Shown piece after piece: positions 18,687 to 28,611 of a DNA stretch of 64,000 nucleotides; position 1 is the first letter of the stretch, and every line of letters starts with the position of its first letter. Origin of the DNA: Gammaproteobacteria bacterium. GTDB taxonomy: Bacteria; Pseudomonadota; Gammaproteobacteria; JBCCGL01. The notes under the pieces are model-generated. The model was given only the letters and a program-made list of their open reading frames with translations, had not been told where the DNA came from and searched no databases. The DNA lies in the NCBI GenBank assembly GCA_965277715.1, contig OZ255836.1:1536001-1600000 (forward strand). Direction: 5' to 3'. Both the position numbers and the translations under genes were made by a program.

Positions 18687-19103
18687 ATGTATATCGACTA
18701 CACATCACTCGAAGCGCGATTCGGCGCTGCCGAGCTTATCGATTTAAGCAATACCGGTGGTGATGGTGAGTCGGTTGACATGCAGGTTATTAGTACAGCG
18801 ATGGATGATGCCACACGGTTAATCGATGGTTATATCGGTAGTCGAGTGAACCTACCGCTGACGCCTGCCCAGGTTGAACAAACGTCCTTGCAACGCATCG
18901 CGGCGGATGTCACCCGGTACTATCTCATGGATACCTTGGTCAGTGATGAGGTGAAAAAACGCTACGATGATGCCGTCAAGGTTTTGCGTGATGTTCAAAA
19001 AGGTGCGGTAACGCTGGGTGTTACCCCGCGTGGGGGAGCGACCTCGACGAATGTGTGCACTGTTTCCGAGGGTGAATCCCGTTTTGAGTGGGGGGCGTAC
19101 TAA
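18687..19103 (+). CDS. Head-tail adaptor (Mu gp36/DUF1320)
   Basis: LEARFGAAEL...IDGYI..R..LPL...RYDDAVK.L..V.KG. Confidence 0.88.
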   Translation: MYIDYTSLEARFGAAELIDLSNTGGDGESVDMQVISTAMDDATRLIDGYIGSRVNLPLTPAQVEQTSLQRIAADVTRYYLMDTLVSDEVKKRYDDAVKVLRDVQKGAVTLGVTPRGGATSTNVCTVSEGESRFEWGAY

Positions 19104-19597
19104 TGTCAGGCGTAAGGCTGGAGCATGACAGTGCAGACCTGGCGAGGTTGACCGGATTCTTCAGCAATCTCATCGGCGCAGACACCTCACCCATGATGGA
19201 TGAAGTCGGCGCGCACGTGGTGAGCCGAACCGTGGGCCGATTGCACGATCAAGTCGACATCCACGGACAGCCGCTTGAGCCGTCACGCCGGGCTAAAGAT
19301 GAAGGCGGGAAAACCCTGATCGACCACGGACATTTACGTGACAGCTATACACACAATGTGACGAATGGAGGTGATAGTGTGGAAATTGGTAGCAACATGG
19401 TCTACGCCGCTATCCACCACTACGGCGGCAAGATTGTCCCGAAAACTGCTGGCGCTCTGCACTTCCAGATCGGTGACAGGCATATCATTGTAAAATCAGT
19501 CACGATGCCTGCCCGGCCCGTGTTGGGCATAGACGAGCAGGACGAGGACGATTTGCGGGATATTACGGGCGCTTTTATCGATGGTTTGGTCGCATGA
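19103..19597 (+). CDS. Virion morphogenesis protein (Mu gpG-like)
   Basis: LIDHGHLRDS, GSNMVYAAIHHYGG and MPARPVLG. Confidence 0.9.
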   Translation: MSGVRLEHDSADLARLTGFFSNLIGADTSPMMDEVGAHVVSRTVGRLHDQVDIHGQPLEPSRRAKDEGGKTLIDHGHLRDSYTHNVTNGGDSVEIGSNMVYAAIHHYGGKIVPKTAGALHFQIGDRHIIVKSVTMPARPVLGIDEQDEDDLRDITGAFIDGLVA

Positions 19598-20091
19598 GTG
19601 CCGTGCAGCAGGTTATTGATGGTTTAGCGAGCCAGTACGGTACTGACTTAAAAGTCAGTGAATGCGGTGGCAGCATTGGCATTGCAGACTTGAAGCGCAG
19701 CGGCTTGACTAATCGACGCCCTACACTGTTGGTTAGTAGCTTGGGATTTGGTGGGCTGCACCAGTCTATTAACGCACGTTTCATGGTTGAGCAAATCATT
19801 GTGTACATCGCTGTGGCTGGTACGCCAGCGGTTGCAAATAAACAGTGCAGAGCACTGTCGGTGGATGTGTGTCGTTACTTCGCCCTGAACTCGCGAGCGT
19901 TTAGCTGTGAGCCGCTAGACAAATTAAATTTAAGGAATTTATTTAACGGACAAATTGAGCAAAACAATATCGCGTTATGGTCGTTGACGTTCAATGTATC
20001 TATTGCGCTTGAGTCGCAGCAAACCACAGCGTTTGATTTTTCCGTTTTCCACCAATCAACTTACCCAATCGAGGATATCAACGATGCCTAA
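19594..20091 (+). CDS. Tail terminator (Mu gp37-like)
   Basis: Position; LRNLFNG...ALWSLTF. Confidence 0.55.
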   Translation: MSAVQQVIDGLASQYGTDLKVSECGGSIGIADLKRSGLTNRRPTLLVSSLGFGGLHQSINARFMVEQIIVYIAVAGTPAVANKQCRALSVDVCRYFALNSRAFSCEPLDKLNLRNLFNGQIEQNNIALWSLTFNVSIALESQQTTAFDFSVFHQSTYPIEDINDA

Positions 20092-20287
20092 GAAACAGGC
20101 CGAGGCAGTGCCCGAGGTAATGCCTGCCCCTACACCGCCGCCAAAAATTGGCGACACGATCACTATTAAGCCAGCCTCCGGTCGAATTATCCAGGGTGTT
20201 ACACGTGAAGCACGCGTGACTGTCAATGCCCATTTATTGCGCTTAATTGCCGACGGCGATGTATTAATTAAGGAGCCAAAAAAATGA
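20084..20287 (+). CDS. Small tail protein (Mu gp38/DUF2635-like)
   Basis: IKPASG...RLIADGDV; directly before sheath. Confidence 0.7.
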   Translation: MPKKQAEAVPEVMPAPTPPPKIGDTITIKPASGRIIQGVTREARVTVNAHLLRLIADGDVLIKEPKK

Positions 20288-21804
20288 GCTTAACGAATTT
20301 AATTTCACTGAATTATTTAGTGCCGACTGTTAAACACCAAGTCGAGCCTGACCGCCGTGTGCGAGGTTTGAGCGGTATGCCTCGCCGGTTGTTACTCATA
20401 GGCCAAGCCAGTGGCGATATTGCGCTTAATAAGGTGTGTACAGTCACCACTGAAAAGAACGCGATCACGGCGTTAGGTGAAGGTAGCCAGCTTATGGGGA
20501 TGTGGCGGGGCGCGTATCGTAACGCTGCGCCTGGCTTGCCGATTGATGTGATCGCACTGGAAACCCCGAGCACGGCAAAGGCCGCAATATTCGCGGTTGA
20601 TGTGGTGGCTAACACGGTTCAAGCCGGGGCATGCCGGTTGTACATCGGTGGTGAATTGGTGCGCATCGGTGTGGCTAAAGACGCCAGCGCGGCGGCAATT
20701 GCCGGTGATTTGCGCACGGCGGTTAATGCGAATGATTCACTGCCAATGGTTGCCAGCGGTACCTCTGCAGAAATCATATTGACGTGCAAAACACCCGGCG
20801 CCGCAGGTAATAGCATTGATGTGCGTACTAGCTACTATGACGATGATGTGCTGGCTCAGGGCTTGACTTTAACAGTCACAAGCATGAATGTTGGTGCAGA
20901 TATACCCGATTTATCCCAGAATCCCTTGTTGGCAAACTCACTTTCGTTGATGACTGGTGGTGCAGGTACGCCCGATTTATCACCTGTCATTGTTGCGCTG
21001 CAAAACAAGCGCCCGACTGAGGTCGTGTGCCCGTACACCGACAGCGCCAGCCTTGCAATGCTTGAGCTTGAAGCCGAGCGGCGCTGGAATGCCGAGGGTG
21101 CGACTGACTTCCAGGTGATCAGCGCGGTGCGCGGTACCGAGGGACAGTTAACCGCGTTTGCGGCTAACCGCAATAGCCCAATGGCGCACACTATCGCAAC
21201 GCGGGCGGATATGACTAGCCCGTGGGTAACCGCCGCGATGGCCGGGGCGGTGATTGAGAGTGTTAATAATACTGACCCTGCGTTTCCTTATGCCAATTCT
21301 CAATTGGTGGGGTATCTACCGGCGACAGACGAAGACGCGCTTGTACCAGACCAGCAGAATAACTTGCTCAACGCCGGGCTATCTGTGCTGTTGAGTAACA
21401 ACAACCGTGGCTACCTGAACCGCTGCGTGACCAATACAACAGAGACGGCGAGAGGCGCCAAGGATGAAGATTGGCGCAACCTTAACTGGGTGAAAACCAA
21501 TAGTTATTGGCGGTGGTTTTGCGTCAATGAGTGGCTCAAGCGCATCGGTGAGTACAAGCTGACGACGGACGCGGAGATACCCGCCGGGCAGCCGATTATG
21601 AATACATCACTGGCGCAGGAAACACAGCTATCGTTTTATGACGCGTTTGTTAGCGCTGGTCTTATGCGTGACCTGGCTGGGTACACTGATGAGATGCTGG
21701 TGGAGATCGACACATCATACGGCAAGGTGAAAATCCAGGACTACCCGCGCTTGATCACGCAACACTACCAGACTGAAATTAGCAGCGCGTTTCTAACCGC
21801 ATAG
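20284..21804 (+). CDS. Tail sheath protein
   Basis: LLLIGQ, GEGSQL and GGAGTPD motifs; 506 aa. Confidence 0.92.
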   Translation: MSLTNLISLNYLVPTVKHQVEPDRRVRGLSGMPRRLLLIGQASGDIALNKVCTVTTEKNAITALGEGSQLMGMWRGAYRNAAPGLPIDVIALETPSTAKAAIFAVDVVANTVQAGACRLYIGGELVRIGVAKDASAAAIAGDLRTAVNANDSLPMVASGTSAEIILTCKTPGAAGNSIDVRTSYYDDDVLAQGLTLTVTSMNVGADIPDLSQNPLLANSLSLMTGGAGTPDLSPVIVALQNKRPTEVVCPYTDSASLAMLELEAERRWNAEGATDFQVISAVRGTEGQLTAFAANRNSPMAHTIATRADMTSPWVTAAMAGAVIESVNNTDPAFPYANSQLVGYLPATDEDALVPDQQNNLLNAGLSVLLSNNNRGYLNRCVTNTTETARGAKDEDWRNLNWVKTNSYWRWFCVNEWLKRIGEYKLTTDAEIPAGQPIMNTSLAQETQLSFYDAFVSAGLMRDLAGYTDEMLVEIDTSYGKVKIQDYPRLITQHYQTEISSAFLTA

Positions 21805-21814
21805 GGGGCAAATC

Positions 21815-22180
21815 ATGGCTGACAATTGTATTTATAAAATCGACTCGATCACTGTCGATGGCTCGGTGCTGGCTATTGAGGAAGGCAGTGCTACATTAAT
21901 GAACGCCACGGGTGTCGAGCGCGAGGGTAAACCCAGCGCATCCGGCCCGGATTTTTACATCACAAAACAAGTCGAGCGGTCGATAAAAGCGAAGGTGCAG
22001 TTCGGCACGGGGGTCGACCCCGTGTCATTGAACGTGACAAACGCGCAAATCGTCTTGACGAATGTCCACACCAATCGCCGGGCACGTTGCACCGGCTGTG
22101 CAACGAAGTCTGTCGGTGAAATCGGCAATGGCGCGGTTGATGTCGAGTACATTATAACGGAGCAAATCCAATGGCTATAG
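21815..22180 (+). CDS. Tail tube protein
   Basis: 121 aa, beta-rich, directly after sheath. Confidence 0.75.
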   Translation: MADNCIYKIDSITVDGSVLAIEEGSATLMNATGVEREGKPSASGPDFYITKQVERSIKAKVQFGTGVDPVSLNVTNAQIVLTNVHTNRRARCTGCATKSVGEIGNGAVDVEYIITEQIQWL

Positions 22181-22731
22181 ATGCACTTTATACGCTAACG
22201 CTGGTCGATGGCCTGGAAACATCGACGGCAGACGGTAACACGCAGCGGTACCATAAGGTAACGCTGCGCGAGACGACTGTCGAAGATGAGGCGGCGGCTG
22301 TTCGGCTGTCTGAAAGCGTAATGACGCTAAACAATCGACCGGTGCTGTTGACCAATGATGACCGCTACACGCGGGCGTTGACGATGCTATCAATCGATAA
22401 GTTTGAGGGTGGCGGTTTGCCGATTGATCGGTCGTTAATTGATGATCCGCTCGTGGGCAAGTTGAGTCGACTGGATTGGTCTGCAATTGAACAGCGGTTG
22501 ATTGTGATTGATGCTGCCGCGCAGTTACGCCACGGCTTGATTAATCAATCGCAATTCGATGAATTGTATGCTGGGGTGATGCCTAAAGGGCCACAATCGC
22601 GAGAGTCCGCAGGCGCGGCTAGTGCAGTATCAAACGCTGACGTTGCGACTAGCGGCGCGCCTGAATTGCTCAATGATCGAGCTGGAAAAAATGCCGATAG
22701 CCCGGCTGTTATGCTTGTGTCGCACGCTTAA
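22171..22731 (+). CDS. Tail assembly chaperone (Mu gp41-like)
   Basis: LVDGL...VTLRETTVED and KLSRLD; lies before the tape measure gene. Confidence 0.75.
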   Translation: MAIDALYTLTLVDGLETSTADGNTQRYHKVTLRETTVEDEAAAVRLSESVMTLNNRPVLLTNDDRYTRALTMLSIDKFEGGGLPIDRSLIDDPLVGKLSRLDWSAIEQRLIVIDAAAQLRHGLINQSQFDELYAGVMPKGPQSRESAGAASAVSNADVATSGAPELLNDRAGKNADSPAVMLVSHA

Positions 22732-22736
22732 AAACG

Positions 22737-25166
22737 ATGCCTGATTTTAATTACAGCCTTGGTGTCGATCTCAAGGGAAACCTCGACCGCCGGGCGCGCC
22801 AGATGGGTGCAAGTAGTGAGAAGCTGGCGCGGCGGCATAATCGCGCTATGACAGGGATGCAAGCAGTCACCCGGCGGGCGTTTAGCAGTATGCGCCAAGC
22901 GGCTGACCGGAGCGCTAAGTACTTGGCAGCCGGTGCGGTTGCCGGTACGGTTTTGGCAACCAAGCACATCGTTGACTTTGATGAGCGTATCCGGCAGCTT
23001 GGTGTGAATGCCGGTAAAAGCGGTGTGGAATTAGATGCTTTTACCGACAGGGCCAAAGATAAAATCCAACAGGCGGCGCAGGAATTTAAGATCAGCCGTG
23101 ATGCGATAACAGACGCGCTCGATAAGATGATAACCAACACAGGTGATTTTGAGGTTGCCGAAAATAATATATACAACCTCGCGGCGGCGATGCGTGCGAC
23201 AGCCGCCGATGGCGCTTCACTTGGTGGTGTGCTGGGTGAGCTGCAAAAAAAAGGGATAGACAGTGCAGGGGAAGTCGAGCGCGTGTTTGATCTACTCACT
23301 GCACAGGGGAAAATGGGCGCGTTTACATTTAAAGATTTTGGCACGGAAGGCGAAAAAATATTTGCAACCTACGCGCCAAAAAATGAACATGAAATTGCAG
23401 AAATGGGTGCGGTTGCGCAGTTTACACGGCGCTCTGTTTCATCTGCTGCGGAAACCGCGACGGCTATCAATAGTTTTATTTCAGAAATAAACGATCCTGC
23501 AAAACAAAAGCTGTTGCGCGACAAAGCGGGTATTGATGTAAAGGACTATGACTCAATCCCTAACTTGATTGTCGATCTGATAAAAGCATCAGGCGGTGAC
23601 AGATCACGGCTGGGTACTGTATTTGGGCAGGAGTCAATAAAGGTGCTGTTAGACGCCATGAATTTGCACACCAGTGGCGGGGATGTGCGTGCCGAGTTTG
23701 ATCGTTTTATTAATGTCGACAGCAAAGGCGTGGTTGCAACCGATGCCGCCGACATGTCAAAAACCGCTAAAGCACAAACACGCGGTGCCACGGAAGCGAT
23801 TAAAGCCGCGCTCGATAAAAAATTGTCTCAACCGATACAGGATTTTGCTGCCGCTATCTCTGAATTGGAAACGGGCAAATTAGATGATCTGTTAACCCAA
23901 GCCGGGTATCTCGCTGGGGGGTTTGCCGGGCTTTACGCGCTGATAAAAACATATCAAGGCGGTAAATGGATCGCGAGTATGTTTACAGGCACGGATGGTC
24001 TCGCCAGTGACATTGCAAGTCAGCTCGGTGATGCAGTCAAGCTCGATATCGCGGATCCTCTGCCTGTGGTCATTCGTAAGCCAAAAGCGGGCGCGAATCA
24101 AAATTCCCGTGAGAAAAATGAGGCGGCTGCAAACAACGGCAACGGCAGCAAAAGGGGCAAAAAAAAATCAGGCAAAAAAAAACCGGGCAAGGGCTTGGCT
24201 GTTGCGCCAGGTACTGAGGCGTCGGTCACGTCATCAGGTTCTCAAATCTCTACCGGTGGCGATGGCCGGTTATTAAGCAAGGCGCCAGGCGCGTTTGACG
24301 GTTTTGAAAAATTGTCTCCTAATACGCGCAGTGCGTCACCGGAGGCTTTGCGTGCCATTTTGGGGGAGTATTTTCCGCCGTTACTGATGGGCTGGGATCT
24401 GGGCTCACGTGTGGCGGAGTGGACGGAAGAAACGATTGTAGGGCGTGGCGTTGATCAGACGCTGGCGTTTTTGGGATCCGATCATGCCCGGCGCCAGGTG
24501 CAGGCAAGAGCTAAACAACAGGCGCATGATGCCGCGATTGACCGATACGTTGCATCACTTAATGAGCGCGGCGGCGCAAGCAATCTCTCGGGGTTATATG
24601 TGAGGTCTCAGCAGTCTGGCACCCGTCTCGGTTCTGATACGGTTGCGCTATCTCGTGGACACGCCCGGTTCCTTTACCAGACGCCGGAGGATCGGGCGCG
24701 TGATATGAAAATGACACCATTGGTTGATGTCGTCCAGCCGCCTCGGACGGAATTCACCCCAGTAGTCGACATTAACCGTCCGGCAAGTCAGCGGGTTACA
24801 CCGTTGTTTGATATTGCCCAGCCGCCACCTGTAAAACTAGGCCCATTAGTTGATGTTAACCAGGGCCAGGTCAAACCCAAACACGCCCCGTTCGCTCGCC
24901 GCTCGTTCGCGCAAGATCGAGCACAGATGATGGCGTTGACGGACAAACATTTACGCGACGTGCAATCACCATCAGCACAGGTAACCAACATAGACAACAG
25001 CGAGACGATTGTCGGCGCTAAAGAGGGGAAGCAGCAGGGCGGCGAAATCGCGGTAAAAGTCGAAGTCAACCACACTCATCAAACAGCGCAAGTGTCAACG
25101 AAGGCGCGGGGCCGTGGCGGTCTGTACATGCGCACATATAACACAGCCAGGGAGGTCCACCAGTAA
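22737..25166 (+). CDS. Tape measure protein
   Basis: 809 aa, Ala-rich helical, QGKMGAFTFKDF motif. Confidence 0.88.
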   Translation: MPDFNYSLGVDLKGNLDRRARQMGASSEKLARRHNRAMTGMQAVTRRAFSSMRQAADRSAKYLAAGAVAGTVLATKHIVDFDERIRQLGVNAGKSGVELDAFTDRAKDKIQQAAQEFKISRDAITDALDKMITNTGDFEVAENNIYNLAAAMRATAADGASLGGVLGELQKKGIDSAGEVERVFDLLTAQGKMGAFTFKDFGTEGEKIFATYAPKNEHEIAEMGAVAQFTRRSVSSAAETATAINSFISEINDPAKQKLLRDKAGIDVKDYDSIPNLIVDLIKASGGDRSRLGTVFGQESIKVLLDAMNLHTSGGDVRAEFDRFINVDSKGVVATDAADMSKTAKAQTRGATEAIKAALDKKLSQPIQDFAAAISELETGKLDDLLTQAGYLAGGFAGLYALIKTYQGGKWIASMFTGTDGLASDIASQLGDAVKLDIADPLPVVIRKPKAGANQNSREKNEAAANNGNGSKRGKKKSGKKKPGKGLAVAPGTEASVTSSGSQISTGGDGRLLSKAPGAFDGFEKLSPNTRSASPEALRAILGEYFPPLLMGWDLGSRVAEWTEETIVGRGVDQTLAFLGSDHARRQVQARAKQQAHDAAIDRYVASLNERGGASNLSGLYVRSQQSGTRLGSDTVALSRGHARFLYQTPEDRARDMKMTPLVDVVQPPRTEFTPVVDINRPASQRVTPLFDIAQPPPVKLGPLVDVNQGQVKPKHAPFARRSFAQDRAQMMALTDKHLRDVQSPSAQVTNIDNSETIVGAKEGKQQGGEIAVKVEVNHTHQTAQVSTKARGRGGLYMRTYNTAREVHQ

Positions 25167-26515
25167 TGACTTGGTTTGATCAGTTACAACCGGCGAGTTT
25201 TAAGGATGTGCCATTCCATGTTGACAGCAGCCAGGTTACAGAAGGTGATGCAAGTGTCATTCGTGGGTACCCATTCCAAGACCTTCCTAGCTACCAATCG
25301 ATGGGGGAAGGCCAAGACGAAATAAAGCTAAGCGCTTACGTGATCGGTGAAGATGCGGTCGAAAAGCGCGACAAATTGCGCGAGGTACTGCGCGGTGAGG
25401 GTGTACTGATTCACCCGACACGCGGTGCAATGCGTGTGTTTGTGCAGGGCAGATTCAGTTGGCGTGAAGCGTATGTTACGCAAGGCTGTGTAACGCGCTT
25501 CGATGTGACATTTGTCCGCGCTGGTGAGGCGCAGGCACGGCGTTACCCACAGGCGATAGCCAACCCGAAAGCGCAGCTAAAAGACGCGACACAAGCCACT
25601 ACCGAGGCATTGGCAGAGTCTTTTACATTAGACTTTGACGGTGCCGGTTATCTGCGCATCGATGCGCTATCGACGCTGTGGTCTATGGTTGCAAAAATCG
25701 AAGGGTACTTTGATTCAGTGCATAGCGAGATAGCCGCAACGGCGGCGTTTGCTAGGAACGTATCGAGCCTTCGCGGGCGTCTTGAGTCGTTGCTAAGTCG
25801 CCCGGCTGATTTGATCACTGATCTTCAAAACCTGCTCGCTCTGGGTGACAATATAAGCGCTACTCAAGCCCAGGCAAACTACACCGCTGCTGTGCGTTTG
25901 AGTGATCTGTTTAAAGGCGGCAACTTGACATCGACATCGGCTGCAAACGGCTCGAACTCCGTCGATGATGGGGAGGCGGTACCGGCAGGTAACGGCTCAA
26001 ATTCAAGCGCTGTTGAGGGATCGATATCCACGGGCAGCGGTTCGTTATATAACGTCAATATATCTGTGCCAATGGCATCACCGTATGTAACGCCGAGCCG
26101 GATTAAACAACAACAAAATACCGTCGCTATTTATCGTGCTGTACAGGTCTTGGCATTGACTCATGCGGCCACGGCTATTGCACACGTCGACGCGATGCCA
26201 CTGCCACAGCTCGCGGCAACCCGTGAGCACTTGCACAAAGGCATCACAGCGCTGCTGTTGCAGGCTGACAATCAAGTATTGAGCCAATCTTTGAGCAACT
26301 TACACACTGTTTCGATGCTACACATTAATAGTATGAGCGGCTATCACAGGGTAAGCTCTTACACAGACGCACAGGGTGCGCCGCTAGTCGTGACTTGTTA
26401 CCACTTATATGGCAACACAAAACACATTGACGAACTGCGGGGAAACAACCCACATATCGCTCATCCGTTGCTTGTCAGCGCAAACACCGAATTGCAGGTG
26501 GTAGCGCATGGCTGA
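25166..26515 (+). CDS. DNA circularisation protein (Mu gpN-like)
   Basis: W...LQPASFKDVPF, GVLIHPTRG and C-terminal NPHIAHP. Confidence 0.88.
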   Translation: MTWFDQLQPASFKDVPFHVDSSQVTEGDASVIRGYPFQDLPSYQSMGEGQDEIKLSAYVIGEDAVEKRDKLREVLRGEGVLIHPTRGAMRVFVQGRFSWREAYVTQGCVTRFDVTFVRAGEAQARRYPQAIANPKAQLKDATQATTEALAESFTLDFDGAGYLRIDALSTLWSMVAKIEGYFDSVHSEIAATAAFARNVSSLRGRLESLLSRPADLITDLQNLLALGDNISATQAQANYTAAVRLSDLFKGGNLTSTSAANGSNSVDDGEAVPAGNGSNSSAVEGSISTGSGSLYNVNISVPMASPYVTPSRIKQQQNTVAIYRAVQVLALTHAATAIAHVDAMPLPQLAATREHLHKGITALLLQADNQVLSQSLSNLHTVSMLHINSMSGYHRVSSYTDAQGAPLVVTCYHLYGNTKHIDELRGNNPHIAHPLLVSANTELQVVAHG

Positions 26516-27584
26516 AATCACTGTAACCGCAAACGGTGTGGATTTGACGGGTTGGTTTGATGCAACGGTCGAACGCTCTATCGAAACGATTGCCGGGCGC
26601 TTCAGCTTTAATACAGACTTCTACCCTGGGCAACCGCGCCCCGTGCATCGACAGGATGCAGTGGAAATTCGTATCGGTGATGTGCTGGTAATGACAGGCT
26701 ACGTGCTCGCAGCAGAGCCGTATTATGCAAAAGACGACATCGGTTTACAGGTAGCGGGCAGAGACCGCACGGGTGACCTTGCGGTATGCGCCGCGCTGTA
26801 CCCCACAGGTCATTGGATAAATAAAACACTCGACACAATCGCTCGTGATTTATGCCAACCTTACGGCATCACTGTCGTTGTCGATGCGGTCATCGGCGCA
26901 CCACTGCGCCGATTTGAACTGAACCAAGGCGAGAGCGTTGCCGAGGCTATTTCACGCGCTGCAAAGTATCGCGGTGTGTTGGTAACCCGTGACGATTTGG
27001 GCAACTTATTATTGACAACGGCGGGCAAAACCAAAGCCCCGGCAGCTATTGTGCTAGGTGATGCTGGCAACGTAATACAAGCAAAAAGCGCAGGCAGTGA
27101 CGATGAACGATTCAGTGATTATATCTGTACCGGCCAGGCCGAGCTGAGCTGGGGGAGTGACTTAGAAACGACACGCAAATCAACAGCAAAAGACCCTCAT
27201 ATCATGCGCTATTTACCGATGCTGACGGTTGCAGATACACCAAGCGATACAACGGAATTGCAGCAGCAAGCGGAGCAGCTCGCACGCTTGCATTATGCCC
27301 GTGCCCAAGCATACACATACACAGTCGAGGGATGGGAAGCAGGAAGCGGCATTTGGTCACCAAACACCCGCGTGGCGGTATATGACGCGGCAATGGGCCA
27401 TGATGGAAACGAGCTATTGATTGTGTCCACAGCCGCCAAAGCGGATAAGGAAAACGGGGATATTACAGAGATTACTGTAGCGCCGATTGAAGCGTGGCAA
27501 CAGCGACCGCTGCCGGAACCGGCAGCGAACAATGACACATCAAGCGGCTGGCGGAAAAGGCAAGACGACGGGACATTTCTGTGA
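26508..27584 (+). CDS. Baseplate hub (Mu gp44-like)
   Basis: GW....VERSIE, GRDRTGDL and RFSDY motifs. Confidence 0.88.
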   Translation: MAEITVTANGVDLTGWFDATVERSIETIAGRFSFNTDFYPGQPRPVHRQDAVEIRIGDVLVMTGYVLAAEPYYAKDDIGLQVAGRDRTGDLAVCAALYPTGHWINKTLDTIARDLCQPYGITVVVDAVIGAPLRRFELNQGESVAEAISRAAKYRGVLVTRDDLGNLLLTTAGKTKAPAAIVLGDAGNVIQAKSAGSDDERFSDYICTGQAELSWGSDLETTRKSTAKDPHIMRYLPMLTVADTPSDTTELQQQAEQLARLHYARAQAYTYTVEGWEAGSGIWSPNTRVAVYDAAMGHDGNELLIVSTAAKADKENGDITEITVAPIEAWQQRPLPEPAANNDTSSGWRKRQDDGTFL

Positions 27585-28075
27585 TGCGTGCGCAAATCAA
27601 TAATTTGATTACCCGAGCCGTTTTGGTCAGTTTGAAATACGCAGGCGCGTTACAGGTTGCCACAGTGACAGTCGGCGATAATGAAGCGCCGGTTGATGTT
27701 GAATACCACGAACCATACGGATACACGAGCAGACCAGCGCGAGCCGTTGGGCTAATGCTTAAAGTCGCCGGGCATCGCTTCATCATAGCGTTGAATGATT
27801 TGCAAACAGCCCCGAAACAATTATCGATTGATGATGTGATGGTGTGGCACCGGGAAGGGGATTTTGTGCACTTAAAAGGAAATGGTGACATCGAAATCAA
27901 AGCGGCAACACGGGTGCTTATCGACACCCCGGAGGCTGAATTTACGGGCAACATAAAAGCCCACGGTGACATCATCGATAATATCGTAACAAACAGTAAT
28001 AACGTCGCTGATATGCGCGACATTTACAACGGCCACAACCACCCTACCACCAGCGCGGCGGTGCAAAAACAATGA
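27581..28075 (+). CDS. Baseplate spike (Mu gp45/gpV-like)
   Basis: YGYTSRP; C-terminal MRDIYNGHNH (HxH tip). Confidence 0.88.
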   Translation: MMRAQINNLITRAVLVSLKYAGALQVATVTVGDNEAPVDVEYHEPYGYTSRPARAVGLMLKVAGHRFIIALNDLQTAPKQLSIDDVMVWHREGDFVHLKGNGDIEIKAATRVLIDTPEAEFTGNIKAHGDIIDNIVTNSNNVADMRDIYNGHNHPTTSAAVQKQ

Positions 28076-28611
28076 GCGATATAGCGACAGTTACAGGTAC
28101 ATGCTATCCGTTCGATTGGGCGCTCGCCGGTACCGGCGAGACCCTGACGCGATACCACTATTATAGCCCGGCGCAGGGCGTCACTGTGCGCGCAGAAGCC
28201 ACAACCGAGGCGGATTTGCAGCGTGATAATACACTGCACACAGCGGTTATCTTGTCGTTATTCAGTGACCGACGTGCGGACACAGGCCAGGCTTTGCCCT
28301 ATGGCCAGACAGCGAGGCGGGGCTGGTGTGGTGAATCGACAATGCTCGAAATAGACCAATCATGGGGTAGCCATTTGTGGCTCGCGTATATCAGCAAAAC
28401 AACTGCCGAGCGCCGGGAATTTATGCAATTTGCCGCCAGTGAATCACTGGCATGGATGAAGGCCGCAGGCATCGTTGACCGCCTGGAAGTCGGCGCAGAC
28501 TGGCTTGACGCGCAACGCCTGGGATTAACTGTGCAGCTCTATAAAGCCGCTGATTTGCCGCCAGCATATGACCGCGTGTGGTCGCTAACCGTTGGGGATG
28601 CAAATGCCTAA
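28072..28611 (+). CDS. Baseplate protein (Mu gp46-like)
   Basis: LHTAVILSLFSDRRA, RGW.G and GSHLWL. Confidence 0.88.
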   Translation: MSDIATVTGTCYPFDWALAGTGETLTRYHYYSPAQGVTVRAEATTEADLQRDNTLHTAVILSLFSDRRADTGQALPYGQTARRGWCGESTMLEIDQSWGSHLWLAYISKTTAERREFMQFAASESLAWMKAAGIVDRLEVGADWLDAQRLGLTVQLYKAADLPPAYDRVWSLTVGDANA

